Origin: an uncultured bacterium
GTDB taxonomy: Bacteria > Verrucomicrobiota > Verrucomicrobiia > Verrucomicrobiales > DEV007
Assembly (NCBI GenBank): GCA_963977015.1
Contig: CAXBMO010000011.1
Coordinates: forward strand, 64,001-128,000
Reading direction: 5' to 3'
DNA: 64,000 nt
The position numbers and the translations under genes were made by a program. Positions 1-9,052 of this stretch are shown piece after piece. The notes beneath the pieces are model-generated. The model saw only the letters and a list, made by a program, of their open reading frames with translations. It was not told the origin of the DNA and ran no database searches. Numbering within the stretch: the first letter of the stretch is position 1; each line of letters opens with the position of its first letter.

Positions 1-365
1 CCATTGCCGGCGGATCGAGCGGAGCTTCCTGTGCCTGGACTGCCGCGTGGGAGCGACCCGATCAATTCGGCAAAGTGCTCGGCTGGGTTGGATCGTTCGT
101 CGATCTGCGGGGCGCCAATGCCTATCCTTCCCTGATTCGAAAAACGGAGCGAAAGCCGATCCGGGCCGTGTTTTTGGCCGGTTCCAACGATGTCGACAAC
201 CGATTTGGGAATTGGCCACTCGCGAACCAACAGATGGAAGCGGCGTTGGCCTTCATGAATTACGATTATCAGTATCGCTGGGGGCCATGTTTTCATGGCA
301 GCAAACACGCCTCAGCCGAGCTGCCGGAGATGTTGCGCTGGCTCTGGCGGGATTGGAACGACTAA
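1..365 (+). CDS. Alpha/beta hydrolase of the enterochelin-esterase-like family, C-terminal part (5' truncated by the window)
   Basis: The frame from base 3 reads IAGGSSGASCAWTAAWERPDQFGKV..., with a GxSxG nucleophile elbow and a C-terminal His motif (FHGSKH). Open from the window edge to the stop at 365. Confidence 0.8.
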   Translation, partial: IAGGSSGASCAWTAAWERPDQFGKVLGWVGSFVDLRGANAYPSLIRKTERKPIRAVFLAGSNDVDNRFGNWPLANQQMEAALAFMNYDYQYRWGPCFHGSKHASAELPEMLRWLWRDWND

Positions 366-769
366 AACTCGGACATTGAGAACGCGTTCTCAATCAGATT
401 GAGTTTTGGTGGGAGTCCCTCTTCCAGAATCACTTCCATAATGTCAAAGCGATGCCGGACTTCCGGCTTGTTCAGTTGGCGGAGCCACGAACTGGCCCCC
501 CGAAGAATCAGTTTTCGCTTCTCGTGATCCACCGCTTCGGACGGTCGTCCATAATCCAGGCTGGTCCGCGTTTTGACCTCCACGAACACCAGCACATCGG
601 AATCCCGACAAACAAGATCGATTTCACCGCCCCCTTTGGGCCGAAAATTCGTCCAAAGCACCTTCCAGCCACGGCGAATCAGCCCGGTTTGAGACAATTT
701 CTCACCCCACTCACCAATCTCCAAATGGCTGAGCCGGGCGGAAAGCCCGTTCTCATCGACCTTCGTCAA
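362..769 (-). CDS. yraN: YraN/UPF0102 family putative endonuclease
   Basis: Motifs GEWGE, GEIDLV, VFVEVKTR and RFDI, in the classic position after rnhB. Start uncertain: TTG at 769 was chosen because longer starts overlap rnhB heavily. Confidence 0.9.
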   Translation of the reverse strand: MTKVDENGLSARLSHLEIGEWGEKLSQTGLIRRGWKVLWTNFRPKGGGEIDLVCRDSDVLVFVEVKTRTSLDYGRPSEAVDHEKRKLILRGASSWLRQLNKPEVRHRFDIMEVILEEGLPPKLNLIENAFSMSEF

Positions 770-1379
770 ACGGCAGGGAGAGCTGAGCGACCGGTCGAAA
801 CGACTGGCGATGTATCGGACAAGGCCCATGGCGGCGGAGTTGCTCAAGATGCAACTTTGTTCCGTAACCCTTATGCTTTTCAAAGCCATATTCCGGATAT
901 TTTTCCGCGAATTTCAGCATCAGGCGATCGCGCTCCACCTTGGCGATGACGCTGGCGGCGGCGATTGAAAGACTGATCGAGTCGCCTTTGACCAAGGCCT
1001 TTTGATGGATTGGAAACCCTTTGACCTCAAGACCGTCGATCAAAACGGCATCGGGCTTGGTGCTGAGGCCTTCGGTCGCGCACTTCATCGCAGCGTGCGT
1101 CGCTTTCAGGATGTTGATCTTATCGATCTGGCGGGAATCGACTGCCGCCGAATTCCAGATAATGCGCTCGTCAGCCTTCAGCTCTTCATAGATCGCCTCC
1201 CGCTTCTTCTCGGAGAGCTGTTTGGAGTCGTTCAGCGAGCTGTGACGAAAACTCAGCGGCAAAATCGCTGCTGCGGCCACAACGGGACCCGCGAGTGGGC
1301 CTCGGCCAGCTTCGTCAATTCCGGCGACGGAGGAATAACCCTCCCTCTGCAGCGTCTGTTCCCAGGCCAGATCCGGCAT
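753..1379 (-). CDS. rnhB: Ribonuclease HII
   Basis: Motifs GIDEAGRGPLAGPV, NDSKQL, IAAASVIAKVERD and HKGYGT. Confidence 0.97.
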   Translation of the reverse strand: MPDLAWEQTLQREGYSSVAGIDEAGRGPLAGPVVAAAAILPLSFRHSSLNDSKQLSEKKREAIYEELKADERIIWNSAAVDSRQIDKINILKATHAAMKCATEGLSTKPDAVLIDGLEVKGFPIHQKALVKGDSISLSIAAASVIAKVERDRLMLKFAEKYPEYGFEKHKGYGTKLHLEQLRRHGPCPIHRQSFRPVAQLSLPFDEGR

Positions 1380-1393
1380 GGGTCAAGAAAGGC

Positions 1394-1858
1394 TTAGCTT
1401 GCGGAAGCGTCTGTGGCCTTCTTCTCGCGCTTGCGCTGCTTGCGCTTGCCCTTGGCTTCGGTGGCTGCAGCCTGAGCGTCTGCATTGGCCTTCACCTTCC
1501 AACCGTTCTTCGCTGGGCGGACGGTCGTAGCGGCTTTTCCAAGGCGGGAGCGCATGTAAGCGAGCTTGGAGCGGCGAACCTGGCCACGGTTGGTAACCTC
1601 GATTTGCGCCACTTTCGGAGAATGAACCTGGAAAACGCGCTCAACACCTTCTCCATTGGAAATCTTACGGACAGTGAACGCCTGATTGACGCCTGTGCCA
1701 CCGCGAGCGAGGACAATGCCTTGGAAAATCTGAATCCGCTCTTTCCCACCTTCAACAACGCGGGAGTGCACTTTGACCGTATCTCCTGGTCCGAAGCTGG
1801 GGACTTCCTGCTTCATTTGTTCTTGCTCGATTTTTTGGATAACGGGAACTGCGCTCAT
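1394..1858 (-). CDS. rplS: 50S ribosomal protein L19 with a basic C-terminal extension
   Basis: Motifs [39 protein letters not shown] and GQVRRSKL. Confidence 0.97.
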   Translation of the reverse strand: MSAVPVIQKIEQEQMKQEVPSFGPGDTVKVHSRVVEGGKERIQIFQGIVLARGGTGVNQAFTVRKISNGEGVERVFQVHSPKVAQIEVTNRGQVRRSKLAYMRSRLGKAATTVRPAKNGWKVKANADAQAAATEAKGKRKQRKREKKATDASAS

Positions 1859-1965
1859 GACGACCTCTAGGGTTGGTAAGTGAAAATAAAAACGAACCGC
1901 TTTTAGCGGGCGGAAACTTGTATCCAGCTTCAGAAGAAAGGCAACGAAAAAGCCTAAACTTTTTG

Positions 1966-1994
1966 TTGCACGAATTGAAGGTCCCGTCTACGAT
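1966..1994 (+). promoter_or_regulatory. Sigma70-type promoter of tRNA-Asp
   Basis: TTGCAC (1966-1971), a 17-nt spacer and TACGAT (1989-1994), 36 nt upstream of the tRNA. Confidence 0.65.
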
Positions 1995-2030
1995 CCTCGC
2001 CCCGCACGAAAGTGCGATTTTTTAATGTTT

Positions 2031-2107
2031 GGAGTGGTAGCTCAATTGGTTAGAGCACCTGCCTGTCACGCAGGAGGTTGCGGGTTCGAGTCCCGTCCAC
2101 TCCGCCA
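2031..2107 (+). tRNA. tRNA-Asp (GTC)
   Basis: 77-nt cloverleaf: acceptor stem GGAGTGG/CCACTCC, anticodon arm CCTGC-CT-GTC-AC-GCAGG, GGTTCGAG T-loop and encoded CCA. Confidence 0.97.
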
Positions 2108-2255
2108 TTAAAAGCCCTGGCAGGGCATGGGATCCCGTAACCAGCACTCTTTGGCGGGGTTACCCGTTGGAATTGACAATCTCAATAGCTTCCCTCGGAG
2201 TTCCACGAATCCATCGTTTTGTTTACTCTAAGATTCCGACGCTGGTGTTGCGGCC

Positions 2256-5200
2256 TCACCACGCGCAAAGCTTCTCGACGTGCGCGGCGGATCCATCCCG
2301 GAGCCAGCCATCCAGCTGAGCCTGCTCTTTCAATTGCTGGCCCCGATGCCGGGGGACGAGGAAGAAGCTGCAGTCCAGCTCCCGTAGCTGGGTCATGTCG
2401 CTCCAGAGTTTCTCAAATTGGGTGACGGGAAAGATGTCTTCCTGGCCGCTGCCCCAGCGTTTTTTGACTTCCTTGAGGGTCACGTAGGTCGGCATGCGTT
2501 GGGCGAGGTTGCGCACTCCTTTCTGGACGGCGGCTTCATCACGAAGGCTTTCGCGGTCCAAACCAAAGGCGGCGAGCAGTTCATCGATGGAGATCCAGGT
2601 GGTCATGCTGTTGTAGTAGGAGAGCGAAAACTCCAGTTCCTCGCGCGGAAGGGCCAACCCTTCGACGAGTTCGACATGACCGTCGACGCGGGCCAAACCG
2701 CCGCCACGGTCATCGATAAAGCGGCTGATGACTTCGAAGCTAAGCGCGGAGCCGGAAGCGAGATGTCGGCCGAGCAGGGTGGGGTCGAGATGGGCTCCCA
2801 CGGTATCGATGTTGTGGAGCATCAGCACCTGGAGTTGCGGACGCTCGTCGAGGAGACTCGCCAGCGTTCCGTTGAGAAGAAGGTTGGGGACCTCGAACCA
2901 GTGGCCGACCGGGTGGAGGCATTGAGCCGCAAGGTTGTCGGTATAGTCGGCGCCTTCGCCGCTGGTGCGGGCCCAGTCGATCAGGGCGGCATGCGCGCTT
3001 TCGCGAACTTTCTGGGCCTGCTCGTCGAGCGTCTGCTGGGCCAGCTCTTCCCAGGCGAAGCGGAGATCCCGTTCCATCGGAATCATGCGAAGCCCGATGG
3101 ATTTACCCGGAGACAAGATGGTTTGGCCGGGATACGCGAAGTGATCGTGACTCTCGAGAAATCCTTGGAGCGCTCCCTCGGTCAGGTAGCTGGTGGTGAA
3201 AATGTGAGGCGGGAAGGCACCGTATTGCTGACCGATGTGGCGGCTCTTGGCGAGGTGGGTCTCCAGAAAACTGCGGTAGCTGCCGGCGAAACGCGCAAAA
3301 GGGTGGAGCGCTTTGACGACACCGGCACCCTGGGTCCAACGGCTTCCTGCTCCGGCGGCGAGGCTGACCACGGCGACTTCGCCATTGGCGAGCGCGGCTT
3401 CTCCCCGGGCGAGATCCGAGGCGGAATCGCGACCGGGATCGGTGAAGTCCTCAATTTCGTCCGACCGGACATCGAGAATCTCAGTTCGAGCGGGAAGGCG
3501 GTTCTGGGCCAAGCCGATACGGCCCGAACGCAAGTCGGCCCGAATCTGCTCGTGTTGCACCGTGTCGAAGCCATTTTCCGCCAGCAAGGTGAAGAGATTG
3601 CCGTTGGAGTTTTCCTCACGGGTCTCGGGAAAGAGCCGGCGGAAAATTTCCGGAACCAATGAACGGAAGCGGTCGTCCTCGCGGCAGACTTCACCGATTC
3701 GCTGGAGTTCCTCATTGCGACAACGGCTGAGGCTCTTGGGATCCTGGCGAATGAGAAAGGGGACCATGAATTGGTAGTAGGCGCGGTTGAGCAGCGCTTC
3801 GTTGCCGGTCTTCAGTGTCGCCGTGGTTCCCTTGTCGTTGATCGTGAAATCGTAGACCACGGGATCGATCGCGAAGGGGAGGGCCTTCTCCAGCTCGGAC
3901 TTGGTCGAACGCATTTCCTGCTCGAGCCATTCCTGAGCGACCGGCTTGATGGACGGCGCGAAGATGAAGCCCATTCCGCCGCCGGCCATGCCGCCGAGCA
4001 TCCAGAAGCCCCAGAAATCGTCGCCGAACCGTTCGCGGCATTTCTCGATGAGCCGTTCGGTGAAGAGGTTGCTGCACCAGGGGATGATGGTTTGGAGCGG
4101 GCCGAAAAAATTGCGGGTCGTGGTTTCCCCGAGATCGCGAATTTCGCCCTTCTGGAGTCCCTCGAGCACGTCATCGAGCAGGGCGAGGGCTTCTTTGCGG
4201 GCTTCCCATTCCGCCTTGGACCGGAGGAGATATTTCTCGGTCACCATTTCGAGGATCGGGCCAACGTTCTGCGCCATCCCCCCGTGCACGACAACCAGAC
4301 TCTGCTGCAGTTTTTCGGCGATGTCGGGAGCCAGTCGCGGTGGCGCGAGAATCTCGTGATCGGGCATGAGTCGCCCGCGGCTGATCCCGTGCTCGAGGTC
4401 TCCCTCGGAGGCCGGTTGGCCGCAGATCAGCTTGATTCCGGGCCAAATCCCGCCGGAGTCCTGCCATCCTCCACCGGAGCCGCCCAACCATTCGCCCAGA
4501 ATCGCGCGAGCGGCGACGAGACGGAGATCGGACTCGTCGAGCGATCCTTCCAGGGAGCGCGTTTGCCCGGTGGCGCGCATGCAGAGGGCGATGAGGGATG
4601 CGAGAAGGTTCGTCGATACCGCGAGACGCGATCCCTTGGGGATGCCGCGAACATGGCTCACCAGTTCCAGGCCGTTGCCGGGCCCGACGAGGCGCACGAG
4701 AAGGTCGGAGAGTTTCTGCCCGGAGCCTTCCAGTCCCGGTGGGACCAATCCGGAGGCGACGAGAGCCGCTTTGATCAGTCCCAGGTAATCCGCGGCGTAG
4801 TCGAAAATTTCTTCCAGCTCACGGATGTCTTTGCGGGCTTCCAAATCCACGCTAACGAGCCGGATCACCGGTTCATCGATCACGCGAAAGAAAGTCTCAA
4901 TGGGCGGAGCCGGTTCGTCGTCCCGGCCGCGAATCCCCAGGTCAACGGAGACGTTGATGACGCGGGCTCCTTCCGGGTAATCCATCCCGAGGAAGAAAAT
5001 GTCGCTCCAGGCGCTGTGGGTCAGATCCATGCGGACCGGAGTTCGCTCGACGAGGACGGGGAAGAGTCGCGAATCGGAGGAGGCTGGAGTCAGCAGCTCC
5101 GGGCGCACCTGCAGCGGTTGATCCTGGGGATGGCCAAGCCGGAACATCCATTGATTCCCGGGAACCGACCGAACGCTGGTGCGAACCTGATCGGCGAGCG

Positions 5201-5588
5201 ATTGGAAGGCCAATTGATGGTAGGCCGCAGCCAAGGCGCTGGAAAGCGATGCGCTCCATCCGTCTTTCGCGGCGGACTCCCAAAATGTCTCGATGGATTC
5301 CGAAAACCGGCGTTCCAGAAAGTGGCGATAGCCGGAGTAGGGAATCGAGCCACTGGCCGGAAGATCCTTCTTCTCGGGAAGGTGAAAGCGAAAAATCGCG
5401 TAGAGAAAGAAGAGGGCGCGAACGGAATCGTAGAGATTGTCCGATTTCTGCCGAAACGCGTCGAGCATGCGGCACTCGTCGAGCAACTCGGTTAGGGAGA
5501 GCTGGTCCGCGGCCACTGCGAGGGACCGGTTGCGGACCTCTTCATCCGGTGAGGTAATGAGGGGGATCAGGGCGCTGTCGCGTTCCAT
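2256..5588 (-). CDS. Bifunctional GHMP sugar kinase (N-terminal) / UDP-sugar pyrophosphorylase (C-terminal) fusion
   Basis: Kinase motifs PVRMDL, PKGSRLAVST, GGGWQD and LGGMAGGG. Nucleotidyltransferase motifs LAAGAGSRW, HPVGH, HNIDTVGA, RGGGL and QFEKL. Start placed at MERDS (5588). Confidence 0.8.
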   Translation of the reverse strand: MERDSALIPLITSPDEEVRNRSLAVAADQLSLTELLDECRMLDAFRQKSDNLYDSVRALFFLYAIFRFHLPEKKDLPASGSIPYSGYRHFLERRFSESIETFWESAAKDGWSASLSSALAAAYHQLAFQSLADQVRTSVRSVPGNQWMFRLGHPQDQPLQVRPELLTPASSDSRLFPVLVERTPVRMDLTHSAWSDIFFLGMDYPEGARVINVSVDLGIRGRDDEPAPPIETFFRVIDEPVIRLVSVDLEARKDIRELEEIFDYAADYLGLIKAALVASGLVPPGLEGSGQKLSDLLVRLVGPGNGLELVSHVRGIPKGSRLAVSTNLLASLIALCMRATGQTRSLEGSLDESDLRLVAARAILGEWLGGSGGGWQDSGGIWPGIKLICGQPASEGDLEHGISRGRLMPDHEILAPPRLAPDIAEKLQQSLVVVHGGMAQNVGPILEMVTEKYLLRSKAEWEARKEALALLDDVLEGLQKGEIRDLGETTTRNFFGPLQTIIPWCSNLFTERLIEKCRERFGDDFWGFWMLGGMAGGGMGFIFAPSIKPVAQEWLEQEMRSTKSELEKALPFAIDPVVYDFTINDKGTTATLKTGNEALLNRAYYQFMVPFLIRQDPKSLSRCRNEELQRIGEVCREDDRFRSLVPEIFRRLFPETREENSNGNLFTLLAENGFDTVQHEQIRADLRSGRIGLAQNRLPARTEILDVRSDEIEDFTDPGRDSASDLARGEAALANGEVAVVSLAAGAGSRWTQGAGVVKALHPFARFAGSYRSFLETHLAKSRHIGQQYGAFPPHIFTTSYLTEGALQGFLESHDHFAYPGQTILSPGKSIGLRMIPMERDLRFAWEELAQQTLDEQAQKVRESAHAALIDWARTSGEGADYTDNLAAQCLHPVGHWFEVPNLLLNGTLASLLDERPQLQVLMLHNIDTVGAHLDPTLLGRHLASGSALSFEVISRFIDDRGGGLARVDGHVELVEGLALPREELEFSLSYYNSMTTWISIDELLAAFGLDRESLRDEAAVQKGVRNLAQRMPTYVTLKEVKKRWGSGQEDIFPVTQFEKLWSDMTQLRELDCSFFLVPRHRGQQLKEQAQLDGWLRDGSAAHVEKLCAW

Positions 5589-5610
5589 GGGATGGGGGGA
5601 GGTCTCGAGA

Positions 5611-6468
5611 TTACTGATGGGAGCGGGCGAGCAGATCGAGCAGTTCACTGAGAACCATCGATTTGTCGGAACCGTTCAAGGCCAGGGCCAGTTGGGTGTA
5701 GAACAGCCCGTATTTGAGACTGATGTGGTGGCGGCTGCCCTGAATGAGGACCGCGCCGTATTGTTCGCGTCGCGCCAACGCGGCGAGGACGGGAGAAAGC
5801 TGAACTTCGCCTCCGTTTTTCTTCGCGTTTGCGACCGCTTCAAGGAGTAACTCCATCACCAACGGAGTGAGGACGTGAAGTCCAAAAAACGTGAGATATT
5901 GGCCGGCGCGAAGTCCCGGGACAATCAGCTTCTGTTCGGCTTCGGTTGGCGTCGGTTTCTCGATGACTTCGCGAACCTGATAAATCGATTCGGATTTGCC
6001 GGAGCGGGTCAACGACCCGGAAACGGCACCGTAGAGGTGAATCTCCGTCTCCCGCGTGGATTGAACCGCCGACATGGCGCAGCCTTCGCGTTCAGCGCTT
6101 TCAACCAGCTGCCGCGCACAGGATTTCTCCGGATCCGTGCTGAGAAAGAGGTGATCGCAGACGGCATGGAAGAAGGGTTCGCCCTGGACGAACTCGTGAG
6201 CGAGCGAAAGCGCGTGGCCGTAGCCGAGCCGCTCGGTCTGCTCCACAAAGGAGAGGCGGACCGGGAGATCGTGAACCGCTTGGCGGTAGGCTTCTTCGTC
6301 TCCCGGATGAATCACGAGACAGACATCCTCCAGGCCGGCGGAGTGGATCTCGCGAAGGAGGATTTCGAGGACGGAGCGGATCTGGCCATCGCGGTCGACC
6401 AACGTCTGCAGTGGCAGAGTTCGGTGTGCCGGACTGGCCGCCGTGATGACGGCTTTGGTTACTTTCAT
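5611..6468 (-). CDS. GalU-like sugar-1-phosphate nucleotidyltransferase
   Basis: Motifs KAVITAA, Q..RLGYGHA, YG.V, IEKP and GEVQLS; the N-terminal glycine-rich loop is degenerate. Confidence 0.8.
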   Translation of the reverse strand: MKVTKAVITAASPAHRTLPLQTLVDRDGQIRSVLEILLREIHSAGLEDVCLVIHPGDEEAYRQAVHDLPVRLSFVEQTERLGYGHALSLAHEFVQGEPFFHAVCDHLFLSTDPEKSCARQLVESAEREGCAMSAVQSTRETEIHLYGAVSGSLTRSGKSESIYQVREVIEKPTPTEAEQKLIVPGLRAGQYLTFFGLHVLTPLVMELLLEAVANAKKNGGEVQLSPVLAALARREQYGAVLIQGSRHHISLKYGLFYTQLALALNGSDKSMVLSELLDLLARSHQ

Positions 6469-6624
6469 GCGAAGAACGGGGTTCGAAAGGCAAAGGCACC
6501 CTGCGGATGCGCGGCAAGGTAATTCGGAAAGCAGAAAGTCGCAATATCAATAATGAGTATAATTTATGATATTTTTCACATACAGGTTTCCGCTTGGATC
6601 GAAATCCTGGGAAAGCCAGAACCG

Positions 6625-7647
6625 CTATCGCTTCTTCGCAATCAGCCACCGGATCCAATACGCCGGATTGACGAGGAAAATCGCGAGAATCTGGATGGTG
6701 AGGAAGAAGTCCAGACTCATGACCCGGCTGATGCTGAGGTGAAAGGCAATGAGGGTGAGGCCAATCACCAGTGCCCAACGTCTTCCCAACAAGGCCAGCA
6801 CCGCCGCAAACTCGAGCAGCAGGCCGGAGGCCATGAAAATTCGGCTCCAGGTTGGCGACTCGATCAAAAAGGCCTCGATTCGCCTCGAAAGTTTGGCGAA
6901 TACCGCGTCGGTATGCTCGGGAACGCTTTTCCACCACGGCCCGTCGATGGGGGCGGTTCCCGGGAGCTCGAGCCGATTGTAGTACTCGCTCATCCGGGTT
7001 TTCTCGAGCTGGATCGGAAAGTTCTTGGCGTTCTTGACCCATTGGAAATCACTGTCCCACATCTTCGTGATGCCCGTGGTGAGGTAAGTGGCGACGAGAA
7101 CCTGGATCGAAATCCACATGAGTTGCCGGTAGAATTGATCCTGTTGGCGTTCGGTGTTGGCGAAATTCGGCATCAGCCTCCGAATTCCCCAGATGATTGA
7201 CCAAACCGTTTGCGCGGTCAGGACCAGAGCTGCGGCTTGCAGGTGATGGGTGTTCGCGCCCTGGCTTTGGGCCAGGGTGGTTGGCCCGATCACCAGAAAC
7301 CAGATCACCGGCATCACGATTGGCAGGCCGATTCCCACGGCGTAGAGAATCAGCGCTGGAACGAGGAGAAATCCGAGCTTTCCGAGCAGCTCGCGGTCGG
7401 CGAAAAAGGTCAGATCCAAAAAGTGCGCAATCCCGACGGGAACGGGCTGCCCGGAGATCGACATGACCTGGGCTGGAAGCGCCAGATAGATCTCCCAATA
7501 GATGACGAGGGCGAATAAGATTCGGGTGACCAATCGCTCGGTGCTTCCAAAGGCCGGACCGCTCCGGAGTTCTTCCGCAGTTTCCGGCGACCAAAACCGC
7601 CGAAACGCGTTGCGGGCGGCATTGTAGGCAGAAGTCAGGACACTCAT
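6625..7647 (-). CDS. HTTM-like multi-pass membrane protein
   Basis: Several TM helices. YLTTGITK...W and E...FH.SI...F patterns are typical of the HTTM / vitamin-K-dependent carboxylase-like domain. Confidence 0.6.
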   Translation of the reverse strand: MSVLTSAYNAARNAFRRFWSPETAEELRSGPAFGSTERLVTRILFALVIYWEIYLALPAQVMSISGQPVPVGIAHFLDLTFFADRELLGKLGFLLVPALILYAVGIGLPIVMPVIWFLVIGPTTLAQSQGANTHHLQAAALVLTAQTVWSIIWGIRRLMPNFANTERQQDQFYRQLMWISIQVLVATYLTTGITKMWDSDFQWVKNAKNFPIQLEKTRMSEYYNRLELPGTAPIDGPWWKSVPEHTDAVFAKLSRRIEAFLIESPTWSRIFMASGLLLEFAAVLALLGRRWALVIGLTLIAFHLSISRVMSLDFFLTIQILAIFLVNPAYWIRWLIAKKR

Positions 7648-8130
7648 CTAAGGTAATTCAGCGACCATGTAGTGGGTTCGTTCCATCTCTTTGTCTTCCG
7701 TGACTTTCACTTCAACCACATGGAATCGCAGAGGGCGATGGGAGAACAATTCCTCCCGCGCGGTTTCCCGGCAGTTTTCGTAAAGCCAATTCAAGGTGTG
7801 TTCCCCCGCCGGTTCCCGTTGCTCTCTCGTCATCCATTGAAAGCCCTGAATCTGAACTCCGTTTGCTTCGAGTTCCTTGCGCACTTCGCTCAGCTTGGAG
7901 CTGTAGATTTTCTTGAGCTTGCCGGTCCGGATCGAAGTGATCTCCTCAATCGGAATCGGGTTGTCCTGGCTGTCCGTCAGGTAGACATAGGACGTGTTGT
8001 TGGCCATTCGCGCATACATCGGGAAGTCTGAGAACGGAAAATTCTCCTGGAACACCAGGCAGAGGAAGACGGTGATCAACAATGCCGGTGCCGGGAAATT
8101 GCGCAGTTTCTGCTTCCATCGTGGATCCAT
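7648..8130 (-). CDS. Hypothetical membrane-anchored protein, likely partner of the HTTM-like gene
   Basis: N-terminal hydrophobic segment followed by FPFSDFPMY; its stop codon abuts the next ATG. Confidence 0.65.
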   Translation of the reverse strand: MDPRWKQKLRNFPAPALLITVFLCLVFQENFPFSDFPMYARMANNTSYVYLTDSQDNPIPIEEITSIRTGKLKKIYSSKLSEVRKELEANGVQIQGFQWMTREQREPAGEHTLNWLYENCRETAREELFSHRPLRFHVVEVKVTEDKEMERTHYMVAELP

Positions 8131-8230
8131 CAGTATGTTCGGACGAGGTTAGGTTGGGTCGATGTTCTACTCAAGTCAGGGGGAGGGGAATTCGCAAATT
8201 GAGGTGAAGAACCGGCAATTGCTGCGCTGG

Positions 8231-8878
8231 TTAGCCGTTGCTGCCAACTTTGCGATGGGCATAAATCTCGCCGGATTTGTGGTAGGCCAGAAGAATGGCG
8301 CCCTCCACCGCGATTTCCTCGAACAACTCCTGCATGAACTGCTGCTGATAGGGCCACGGATAGACGAAAAAGACATCAATCTCGGAGATATCGCCGTCCA
8401 TCCCCTCGTAACGAAGTTCGGACACCAAATTGTAGGCGACCGCGTCATAATCCTCGCGAATCAGGTATTCGCCACCGACCCCGGAGTAACTCTCATAGCC
8501 GTCGGGGACGTAACTGGTTTCCAGGATGGAGACTTCCAACCCAAGGTGCTCTGCCAGGTCCTCGGAGGCCTCGACCAGGCTGCTTTCAATTTCAATTCCG
8601 TAGGCGTCATAGCCGAGTGAAGCGGCGAGGCACGTGCAAACGCCAAAGCCACTGCCCCACTCGCAAAACACCTTGCCCATGGTCAGGTCGTTCTCGGTCA
8701 AATACGCGAGCGCGCGGTAGAAGACCTCGGGGTCGCTCGGCAGATAGTTTGGAGTCTTTTTGTTTTCGGTGGTGGAAAACAACTCGTCGATTCGACGGTC
8801 CGATTCCTCAATAATGTGTGCAGCGCGCTTCGGCAGGTCGTCCGTCGAAAGCTGCATGGGGATTTCCTGGAGTGCCAT
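8231..8878 (-). CDS. Class I SAM-dependent methyltransferase-like protein
   Basis: FCEWGSGFG (motif I), GIEIE (motif II) and FFVYPWP. Confidence 0.7.
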   Translation of the reverse strand: MALQEIPMQLSTDDLPKRAAHIIEESDRRIDELFSTTENKKTPNYLPSDPEVFYRALAYLTENDLTMGKVFCEWGSGFGVCTCLAASLGYDAYGIEIESSLVEASEDLAEHLGLEVSILETSYVPDGYESYSGVGGEYLIREDYDAVAYNLVSELRYEGMDGDISEIDVFFVYPWPYQQQFMQELFEEIAVEGAILLAYHKSGEIYAHRKVGSNG

Positions 8879-9052
8879 GGGTTATCTGGTCTCTGAAAGA
8901 CCGGCGGGAGAAGTGATCATCCTTCATCCGTACGACCGACGAAACTGAAGTCAAGCAGCGTCGACATTCCCACCCCTTGCGTGCGGGGCCTTGAGCCAAA
9001 ATTTTGCACGACAAAGTGTTTCCCCCGATTGGGTGAGCCGCTAAGATTTTGA

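Noticed and set aside
2031-2255. tRNA-Asp as an integration site
   Set aside because: No integrase, and I did not see a duplicated tRNA 3' end in the window. The downstream hairpins fit ordinary termination.
2418-5495. Long plus-strand ORFs (414 and 574 aa) opposite the kinase/pyrophosphorylase gene
   Set aside because: Antisense shadow ORFs typical of GC-rich DNA, with no motifs.
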